The notes under the pieces are model-generated. The model had not been told where the DNA came from and did no database searches. It saw only the letters and a list, made by a program, of their open reading frames with translations. Of a stretch of DNA of 37,792 nt, positions 20,813 to 27,348 are shown in pieces. This stretch comes from Candidatus Bipolaricaulota bacterium (GTDB lineage Bacteria > Bipolaricaulota > Bipolaricaulia > M55B111): contig JAGXLP010000001.1 of the NCBI GenBank assembly GCA_018334615.1, positions 12,476-50,267 of the forward strand, given 5' to 3'. The position numbers were made by a program, and so were the translations under genes. Positions within the stretch are counted from its first letter, which is position 1, and the number at the start of each line of letters is the position of its first letter.

Positions 20813-21245
20813 TTTTTCTTTCCTCCCTGAACACTATCAAGACAAGAAAGACGGAGATAGGCAGTAGTATAACAGCAGGGGTAAACGAATCTACGCAGTT
20901 GTTCAAAAAACCCTGGACCGTATTGAGCCAGAGGTCCTCTCCCCCGGTAATTGATTCGAGAATAGTGGAAAAGACTTCCAATCCACCAACGATCCAGATC
21001 ATAAAACTGGCCAGTATCGCCTGCGCCCTTTTTTCAATAAGTGACGGGTTATAGATTGCAGATAGGGAAAGGATTCCCGAAGACAGTAAGATTATTCCCC
21101 GCCAGAATGTGAAGTCTCCCTGGAAGGCGATTCTTCCCCATTGGAAAGTTTGTCCGGTCAGGGTAAAAAGTACCTCCAGCACACCAGAGATAAAAGCGCC
21201 AAAACCAATCAGGGCTAGAATAGTGTTGAACGTTTTTTGGTTCAA
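20802..21245 (-). CDS. Uncharacterised 4-TM membrane protein encoded inside the feo operon
   Basis: It has four hydrophobic helices and no motif I recognise. Its start is 1 nt after the feoB stop and its end overlaps the FeoC-like gene, implying translational coupling. Confidence 0.6.
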   Translation of the reverse strand: MNQKTFNTILALIGFGAFISGVLEVLFTLTGQTFQWGRIAFQGDFTFWRGIILLSSGILSLSAIYNPSLIEKRAQAILASFMIWIVGGLEVFSTILESITGGEDLWLNTVQGFLNNCVDSFTPAVILLPISVFLVLIVFREERKNER

Positions 21246-21246
21246 A

Positions 21247-22476
21247 TCACCTCACCCCGAGAACCATCCCGATCAGGTGAAGCAACCCCCCCCAGAGAAA
21301 AACCACTGTGGAGAGGGTCAGGAGACTTCCTCCAAGGACCTTTAGAATTCCGCCGCTTCTTCTTCCTTCCTTGATAATCATGGAAAAGGTAGCTATGCAG
21401 GGGAAATAAATTGATATTATCACTACTGAAGTAATGAGTTGAAATCCGGTCATATCTATCGCGGATAGCTGGGCTACAGCGAGATCCTTGCGCAGGAAAC
21501 CCGCTATTAGCGGAGCGACTGTCTCCTTGGGAATACCAAACCAACCCGTAAATACGGGTTCAAGGACGCTGGATAACCAGTCGATTACTCCACCGAGATA
21601 AAGTAGATTTACCACCCCGACTCCCAGGAGTACAAATGGAATTGCATTCGTAAAGAAACCCTTGACCTTGACCCACAGTTTCCTGGTTACGTTGGCTGCC
21701 GTAGGTAGTCGAAAAGGAGGTACGTCGGTCATTATCTCGGGTGACTTACCCGGAATTATCCTGTCTAAGAGGTAACCGAAAAGGAAGAAACCGACCAGCA
21801 GGTAAAGCATAATGTAACCGAAATATTCCGGTATTAATGAGAGCATGACACCCAGCTGGGCTCCACACGGGATGAAAATAGAAAGGAGAATCATCATCAT
21901 GAATCGTTGTTTTTTTGTTTCAAGTGTTCTCGTCGAGGCGACGCCAGGGACGTTGCAACCAAGTGAAAGGATCATCGGGACCACGGCAAAGCCGTGAAGG
22001 CCAATCTTGTGGAGTATTGTATCAACCAATACTGCCAATCGGGGCATGTAACCGGAGTCTTCCAGTATCGTTATAAACAGATAGAAAGCAACAATCGCGG
22101 GCAGGACGATACCGATAGCGACAAACATTCCACTGGTGAGTATTCCAAAAGCTTCAAACGAATTGGTTGCCCCTGGGTCTCCAACCAGGACGTAATATAA
22201 CCAGGATCCCTCTAATGGAAAAATATCTTGAAGCCAGGGCAGCCACAGATTGTCAAAGAAGGGGACGAAAAAACCGTCAGTAAAGAAACCGGCGAAAGCG
22301 TTAAAGAACGCCCAAAAACCGTATAAGACGGCGACTGCGAAGGGGATACCTGTTAAGGGTTTTACGGTGAGCTCAGCCAGTATTGTCTTAAGGGTGGTTT
22401 TATCTGCACCGTAATTTACGGTCTCTCGGGAAATTTTATCTATAAGTTCCCATCTTCTTTCGGTATCAAATTTCAT
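21247..22476 (-). CDS. feoB: Ferrous iron transporter FeoB, membrane (gate/nucleoside-recognition) part
   Basis: It is a polytopic membrane protein with FeoB gate-motif-like segments (GLHGFAVVPMILSLGCNVPGV, IYFPCIATF). Its start overlaps the G-domain gene by 11 nt. Confidence 0.9.
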   Translation of the reverse strand: MKFDTERRWELIDKISRETVNYGADKTTLKTILAELTVKPLTGIPFAVAVLYGFWAFFNAFAGFFTDGFFVPFFDNLWLPWLQDIFPLEGSWLYYVLVGDPGATNSFEAFGILTSGMFVAIGIVLPAIVAFYLFITILEDSGYMPRLAVLVDTILHKIGLHGFAVVPMILSLGCNVPGVASTRTLETKKQRFMMMILLSIFIPCGAQLGVMLSLIPEYFGYIMLYLLVGFFLFGYLLDRIIPGKSPEIMTDVPPFRLPTAANVTRKLWVKVKGFFTNAIPFVLLGVGVVNLLYLGGVIDWLSSVLEPVFTGWFGIPKETVAPLIAGFLRKDLAVAQLSAIDMTGFQLITSVVIISIYFPCIATFSMIIKEGRRSGGILKVLGGSLLTLSTVVFLWGGLLHLIGMVLGVR

Positions 22477-23002
22477 TCTGAAGGTTTTCTATTCTCTTCT
22501 CTAACTTTTCTGCATCTATTCGAGAGGCTTCCGTTATTTTGTTGGCAAGATTGGAGATGCCTTCTCCGCTTATGGCAACAGTTGGTACCACGGGGACCCC
22601 GAGTATCTCTTCCAGCCGATCCACGTCTATACTGATGTTCTGTTTTACCGCATCGTCCCACATATTTAAGGCAATTACCACGGGATAGTTTTTCTCCATA
22701 ATTTCAAGTGCAAGATAAAGGCCTCGTTCGACCTTAGTGGCGTCTAAAACGGCTACTACAATTGCATCTTCATGTTCTTTCAGTATTTCCATGGCAACCT
22801 TTTCTGCTTCGTCTTTTGGCTCGGTTGAAAAGGTTCCGGGAACGTCGATTATCTTTGCTTCTTTACCCCCGATAAATGTGTAACTTTCGGTAAAATCTAC
22901 TGTGGTACCGGGATAATTTGATTCTGTAATATTGGCTCCGGTGAGCCGGTTGAAGACCGCACTTTTCCCGACATTAGGATGACCCATCAGAAGAATCGTC
23001 AT
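22466..23002 (-). CDS. feoB: FeoB N-terminal GTPase (G) domain encoded as a separate polypeptide
   Basis: It has G1 GHPNVGKS, G2 YPGTTV, G3 DVPG and an NMWD (NKxD-like) G4. At 178 aa it ends where the helical domain of fused FeoB would begin. Confidence 0.9.
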   Translation of the reverse strand: MTILLMGHPNVGKSAVFNRLTGANITESNYPGTTVDFTESYTFIGGKEAKIIDVPGTFSTEPKDEAEKVAMEILKEHEDAIVVAVLDATKVERGLYLALEIMEKNYPVVIALNMWDDAVKQNISIDVDRLEEILGVPVVPTVAISGEGISNLANKITEASRIDAEKLEKRIENLQNEI

Positions 23003-23237
23003 GAGTTACCTCGACGACAATTTTATTTGCTAAATTGAGACCCAGGGACGTTGTGGATCTTCCGATTGTGACCACTACAGGACCGTTTATTGGTTGCTTT
23101 GTATCCATTCTAATTTTCTTTCCTTCCCTGATTCCTCGGGCCACCAATTGGTTCCGCAAATCCCGTTCTATCTTCTTAATCAACCCTTCTTCACCGTATT
23201 CCAGTTCAGGAAGCTTTCGGGTTGAAGTTTTGGTCAA
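22974..23237 (-). CDS. feoA: FeoA-family protein (second copy)
   Basis: It is an 87-aa, SH3-like FeoA pattern (GLIKKIERD...LVARGIREGKKI...GPVVVTIG). It is coupled by overlap to both neighbouring genes. Confidence 0.75.
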   Translation of the reverse strand: MTKTSTRKLPELEYGEEGLIKKIERDLRNQLVARGIREGKKIRMDTKQPINGPVVVTIGRSTTSLGLNLANKIVVEVTHDDSSDGSS

Positions 23238-23479
23238 ATTTTATTCACCCTGACTTTTTTCGCCATACCCCGTCCTATAGTTACGAGGTTCCCGTTAATT
23301 TTAACCGTTACTGGTCCGTTAGAGGAGATTACTTTAAGATTTACCCCTTCCGAGATTCCCCTCAACGCGAGTTTCTGTCGTAACTGGGAACCACCAGTAA
23401 TAGCAACAATTCTTGCCTGTTGGTTTGAATTCAAACTAGATAAAGTCATTGGTCGGATTATTTTCCCTCTCCTGGGCAT
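23234..23479 (-). CDS. feoA: FeoA-family protein (first copy)
   Basis: It shows LSSLNSNQQARIVAITGGSQLRQKLALRGISEGVNLKVI...GPVTVKINGNLVTIGRGMA. The true start may be the internal ATG at 23449 (MTLSSL), which would remove the 22-nt overlap with the repressor gene. Confidence 0.8.
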   Translation of the reverse strand: MPRRGKIIRPMTLSSLNSNQQARIVAITGGSQLRQKLALRGISEGVNLKVISSNGPVTVKINGNLVTIGRGMAKKVRVNKI

Positions 23480-23916
23480 TCCGAAGGAAACTCATCGTAT
23501 TCTGAATAATATTTAAAATGACGTAACCAGCGAGCTTCGTCCTCAGGACAGCCCTCGACGAAGTTGATGAATTTGTTTAGCTGTGTTATGGATTCTTCGC
23601 TCAAGTTATGCTCTACTTTGCATGCGTCTCTGTCTGCTTGATTCGAAGAGACCTGAAGCAGCTCCAGGAATTTCTTCATGTTTTCGTGGACCTCGGAGAC
23701 GTTCTTTGCCAGTTCACTTCCCTTTTCAGTCAGAGTTACTCCCTCGTACTTCCTGTAGTTGATGTAGCCCCTCTCTTTTAACTTATCGAACATCTCGGTT
23801 ACCGATGGGGCTTTAACTCCCAGATCCTCGGCAATTTCATTGGTTTTCGCGTGGCCCCGGCGGATCAGTGATTTATATATAGCTTCTAAATAATCTTCTA
23901 GACTTTTGTTGTCCAT
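23458..23916 (-). CDS. DtxR/MntR-family metal-dependent transcriptional repressor
   Basis: It begins LEDYLEAIY, has an HTH (TNEIAEDLGVKAPSVTEMFDKLKERGYI) and a metal-binding/dimerisation region (HENMKKFLE...ACKVEH). It is the first gene of the feo operon. Confidence 0.9.
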   Translation of the reverse strand: MDNKSLEDYLEAIYKSLIRRGHAKTNEIAEDLGVKAPSVTEMFDKLKERGYINYRKYEGVTLTEKGSELAKNVSEVHENMKKFLELLQVSSNQADRDACKVEHNLSEESITQLNKFINFVEGCPEDEARWLRHFKYYSEYDEFPSECPGEGK

Positions 23917-23918
23917 TT

Positions 23919-23932
23919 TTAGGTAAACCTAA
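23919..23932. promoter_or_regulatory. Palindrome TTAGGT-AA-ACCTAA resembling the arms of a DtxR/IdeR iron box, placed between a TATAAT and the repressor ATG
   Basis: The minus strand reads TATAAT-AA-TTAGGTTTACCTAA-AA-ATG. The arms match the outer arms of the DtxR/IdeR iron-box palindrome (TTAGGT...ACCTAA) but the centre is shorter. No Shine-Dalgarno is visible. Confidence 0.4.
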
Positions 23933-24049
23933 TTATTATATCGGGAAGATTATAAATTGAACTGGAGGTATAATCAAGCCTGCTTTCTACCAAAATTTGC
24001 CGAGCGCCCCCCCAGGGCACCCCCTGGGGGTAAATCGGCTGTTTTGAGT

Positions 24050-24172
24050 CCAGCACTCACTTGAGGAGCATAACTTGGTTAAGTACAAAGAACGAATTCC
24101 ATGGTTAACTTAGCCCAATTGAATACGATTACCATATGTCCACCCATGTATCTCATCTCAAGTGAGTGCTGG
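24050..24172 (+). repeat. Perfect 16-bp inverted repeat (CCAGCACTCACTTGAG / CTCAAGTGAGTGCTGG) enclosing 91 nt, followed by a T-rich run
   Basis: The arms lie at 24050-24065 and 24157-24172, and TTTTTGTTTTT follows at 24177-24187. The arm ends contain the CIRCE half-site cores AGCACTC and GAGTGCT. Confidence 0.7.
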
Positions 24173-24337
24173 GTCAATTTTTGTTTTTCAAATCAGATAC
24201 CGTCTTTCTTTACATTGCTTTTTTATATGCCCCGGCCTGTGGCCGGGGTTCTTGACTTTCAAAAAAGCTATCGTGACAGTAGCTGCATGATTTGTGGGAT
24301 GTACGAGAAAGAACGTAGATTTTTCTCCGGTCAGGGG

Positions 24338-24365
24338 TTGACAAAAAATGATTGATTTATATAAT
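24338..24365 (+). promoter_or_regulatory. Sigma-70 consensus promoter of hsp20 (TTGACA - 16 nt - TATAAT)
   Basis: TTGACA lies at 24338-24343 and TATAAT at 24360-24365. Confidence 0.65.
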
Positions 24366-24368
24366 AAA

Positions 24369-24395
24369 TTAGCAGAGTCAAGGTGACTCTGCTAA
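24369..24395. promoter_or_regulatory. CIRCE-like inverted repeat TTAGCAGAG-N9-CTCTGCTAA overlapping the hsp20 transcription start region
   Basis: It is a perfect 9+9 inverted repeat with a 9-nt spacer. The outer TTAGCA/TGCTAA matches CIRCE, but the inner three positions differ from the consensus. Confidence 0.65.
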
Positions 24396-24436
24396 AAAGG
24401 TAAAAATAAATATATCCACTAATGGAGGTGGCATTC

Positions 24437-24895
24437 ATGGCTCTTCCTTCAGACAAAAGGAGAAGAAACCGTTTCCCATCTCCCTTCAGCAGTGGTGGCC
24501 TTCTCGATGACCTGTTTCAGGACATCGAGGATTCTTTCTTTGGGGGTTCTAGCGGCCTAAGTCGTATGGGAAACACCGACATCTACGAAAAGGACGGCAA
24601 GCTCCACTACGACCTGGAATTACCCGGTCTGAACAAGGATCAGATAAATATCCAGGCCAAGGACGATCAGCTTATAGTAACTGGTGAGGTAGAGCAACAA
24701 GAAGAGGGCGAGGGTGTAAATTACCTCTCCCGGGGTCGTCGCTATGGAAGGTTTAGACGGACGTTGCCTTTGCCCGAAGAGGTGGAAGATCCGGAGAAAC
24801 TTTCCGCAAAGTTCGAAAACGGAGTGCTCGAAATAACTGCGGAACTTTCCGAGGCCCTGGGAGAAGAGAAAGCCATAGACGTGGAGATCGAGTAA
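24437..24895 (+). CDS. Small heat-shock protein, Hsp20/alpha-crystallin family
   Basis: The alpha-crystallin domain is present (DIYEKDGKLHYDLELPGLNKDQINIQAKDDQLIVTGE ... FRRTLPLPEEVE...AKFENGVLEI). I prefer the ATG at 24437, since GGAGGTG lies 6 nt upstream. The track start 24422 sits inside that Shine-Dalgarno. Confidence 0.92.
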   Translation: MALPSDKRRRNRFPSPFSSGGLLDDLFQDIEDSFFGGSSGLSRMGNTDIYEKDGKLHYDLELPGLNKDQINIQAKDDQLIVTGEVEQQEEGEGVNYLSRGRRYGRFRRTLPLPEEVEDPEKLSAKFENGVLEITAELSEALGEEKAIDVEIE

Positions 24896-24910
24896 TTAAT
24901 AAGGGGTGCA

Positions 24911-24936
24911 GGGGCCGGCCTTCCGGCCCCTTTTTG
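24911..24936 (+). terminator. Rho-independent terminator of hsp20
   Basis: It reads GGGGCCGG-CCTT-CCGGCCCC followed by TTTTTG. Confidence 0.85.
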
Positions 24937-25058
24937 TTCTAACTTCAATATACCAGTATTGCCCTACCTTTCGAGATTCGACGTATTTAATTAATGAAAT
25001 TATGTAAGGCCTCCCCATTAGTTCTATTTCGTGTCTACATTCTCATTGTTCGGTAAGC

Positions 25059-25087
25059 TTGCCAGCTTTTCCTTAGTGAGTTATACT
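25059..25087 (+). promoter_or_regulatory. Candidate sigma-70 promoter (TTGCCA - 17 nt - TATACT) in the low-coding stretch
   Basis: TTGCCA lies at 25059-25064 and TATACT at 25082-25087. It would drive the 68-codon ORF at 25135 and/or the wHTH gene at 25368. Confidence 0.35.
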
Positions 25088-25367
25088 AATTTCTAGTAAA
25101 GACCACGTCCCAAGGAACCGGGCTTGTAGGGAAAATGGTTGAGGTATTGTATTATTTTTCTTTGATCGCAAGCACAACCGGATACAGGATCTACCTGGAT
25201 TGTGAGGATAGGTTGAATTCTGCAAACGAATTCAAGCCTCATGTATTACTTAAGTGGAAGAGGCGAATGGAGGATCTCAGTATTCACTTTGGAAGAAGCT
25301 TTTTCAAAGGTTTTCGTGGGCTTTATTGGTTTGGTAACTAGTAATTTAACCTTTGCGGGAGGTAACA

Positions 25368-25772
25368 ATGGGTGAACCAAAAACCGTAGATGAAATCGAT
25401 ACCGACTACAGTAAATCGCAGGTTTACTGGAGAGTTAAGAAACTGGTAGAAAACGGGTTGATGGATCCTCCCCAGAGGGGAGATCGCAACCAATACTTAC
25501 TTACGCAGAAGGATGTAAGACTTTTACAAGAACTCGCTCAGCTGGAGGAGAGCCACGATACCGTTGAAGATGCTATTGAACAACTGGAGAAGGTAAGGGA
25601 GCAAGGGGGAATCGACGAAAAGCTCAAGCAGCGGGTAGAGAAACTGGAGAATAAGACCCAGATCCTGGAGAACGAGCTTGCGGCTCAAAAGGACAGACTC
25701 AAACACCCCGGGAGGAAGTGGATAGACAGGCTGAAACAAGGATTCAAAAAAGCTTTAAACTGGTTGTTGTGA
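25368..25772 (+). CDS. Winged-helix (Lrp/AsnC- or TrmB-like HTH) protein with coiled coil and C-terminal amphipathic helix; function unknown
   Basis: The HTH reads YSKSQVYWRVKKLVENGLM. A heptad-rich segment follows (LEKVREQGGIDEKLKQRVEKLENKTQILENELAAQKDRL). The C-terminus is KWIDRLKQGFKKALNWLL. The ATG at 25368 is preceded by GGGAGGT, and the track's 25353 is a non-ATG start upstream of that Shine-Dalgarno. Confidence 0.7.
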   Translation: MGEPKTVDEIDTDYSKSQVYWRVKKLVENGLMDPPQRGDRNQYLLTQKDVRLLQELAQLEESHDTVEDAIEQLEKVREQGGIDEKLKQRVEKLENKTQILENELAAQKDRLKHPGRKWIDRLKQGFKKALNWLL

Positions 25773-26208
25773 AGGTATCAACAATACACGAAGTAAGAGA
25801 AATCACGGGGGATTGTTTATAAAATCAATCTGACGGGAATAGCACTTTACCTTTCAAGTTTAGCTACTGTCTCAACTGCCCTTCCCAAAAAAAGCAAAGA
25901 GACCTAAAACTAAGTTCATGCCGAAACTTGTGACCCTTTTTGAATATCTTCTTGTTTGATAACATTCGTAAGTTAGTCCCGAACGGAACTGTAATATTGA
26001 TGTTGAAAATTGTAAAATGTGACTGAAAAAAGCGCACCTACACGAAACCTCCATACCGATTGAATTGGGCCTATCTTTATTGTAATATATTTTGATTATA
26101 GTGATAAATACTTTATATATTACCGATAGATTGTACCGTCGGATATCGGCCTCGCTGAAGGCAAATATCTGGAACTGAAAGAGAGAAAAGTATCAAAGTT
26201 GTGATAGC

Positions 26209-27159
26209 ATGCTAGTTTTATTAATCCTGGTCGGTGTTTATGTGGGCTGGAATATCGGGGCCAATGACACGGCTAATTGCATGGGGATCCCTGTTGGATC
26301 AGGGTTGATTACTTACCGAAAGATGATTTTTCTGGTGGCAATATTTGTGGTTTTGGGAGCCCTACTTCAGAGCCACCAGGTAATGGAAACTATTGGAGAA
26401 GGGGTAGCACGAAACCCTCTTAACATGAAAGCGGTGTTTGTCGCCATGTTTTCCGCCGGGATCTTTGTGAGCGCGGCAACCTTCTTAAAGATCCCCGTTT
26501 CTACCTCTCAAGCTATCGTGGGCGGAGTTATAGGTGCTGCCATTTCAATGGGGAGTGAAGTAAATCTAGGGCAGGTTCTTACCATTGCAGAAGTTTGGGT
26601 ATTAAATCCTCCCTTAACTGCTCTGATCAGTTTTCTTCTCTACCACCTTCTGGCGTTCTTCTTAAAACGCGTAAAATTAGTGTTTTTATGGGACAGACTA
26701 TTAAGCTATCTCGTTATTGCTTCTGGCGGATACGTGGCGTTTTCTCTGGGGGCTAATACGGTGGGTACCTCTGTAGGACCCCTGGCAGCTCTTGGGATAG
26801 ATAAGACCTGGCTGGCATTGATGGCCGGGGCTGCTGTCTCCGTAGGGACGTTAACGTACGGAAAAAAGGTAACTAAGATGGTGGGTGAGGGTATAACGAG
26901 CCTCGACCCTCTCTCAGCAGTAGCTGCCCAGTTGTCCGCCGCAGGGGCAGTCAACTTTTTTGCTTATATCGGGATTCCCGTCTCAACGTCACAGGCTATC
27001 GTGGGGGCTGTTATTGGTGTAGGGTTGGTTAAAGGTGTTAAGACGGTGAGTGCCAAAAAGATAATGAAAATAGCGGTTGGTTGGGTTGCATCCCCTACGG
27101 CAGCCGCGCTATTCGCCTTTGGGCTCTATAAGGTATTGGAAGCCATTAGTTTTTTCTGA
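26209..27159 (+). CDS. pit: Inorganic phosphate (or sulfate) transporter, PiT/PHO4 family
   Basis: It has the GANDTANCMG signature near the N-terminus and a duplicated IPVSTSQAIVGxVIG motif in the two halves. About 10 TM helices are predicted. Confidence 0.88.
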   Translation: MLVLLILVGVYVGWNIGANDTANCMGIPVGSGLITYRKMIFLVAIFVVLGALLQSHQVMETIGEGVARNPLNMKAVFVAMFSAGIFVSAATFLKIPVSTSQAIVGGVIGAAISMGSEVNLGQVLTIAEVWVLNPPLTALISFLLYHLLAFFLKRVKLVFLWDRLLSYLVIASGGYVAFSLGANTVGTSVGPLAALGIDKTWLALMAGAAVSVGTLTYGKKVTKMVGEGITSLDPLSAVAAQLSAAGAVNFFAYIGIPVSTSQAIVGAVIGVGLVKGVKTVSAKKIMKIAVGWVASPTAAALFAFGLYKVLEAISFF

Positions 27160-27348
27160 GGTAAGGGATGGAGCGAGAAGCCAGGGATAAATTTGTGGGA
27201 AGCCAATTAAGAAAAAAAAGATAGTGAAAGAGAGTTTTTTCTTCACTGGAAGGCAACGGGTGCCATGGGCGTCCAGTTTTTGGTCTGAGTCGTATTGGAG
27301 CTGAGTTCTCTGCTTGTCCAGAGCGAACGGGTGTACTAAAATGATTTC

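Noticed and set aside
24101-24355. 84-aa plus-strand ORF in the feo/hsp20 intergenic region.
   Set aside because: It has no Shine-Dalgarno, it runs through two strong hairpins and the hsp20 -35 box, and it has no recognisable domain. The region is better explained as structured non-coding DNA or RNA.
25989-26025. TGTAAT / TGTTGA / TGTAAA boxes spaced 10-11 bp apart, possibly a Pho box upstream of the PiT transporter.
   Set aside because: The matches to Pho-box consensus are weak, the site is ~200 bp from the start codon, and AT-rich DNA produces such patterns by chance.
25872-26054. 60-aa minus-strand ORF upstream of pit.
   Set aside because: It has no Shine-Dalgarno and no motif, and it sits in an AT-rich promoter-like region. 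It is kept only as part of the low-coding-stretch observation.
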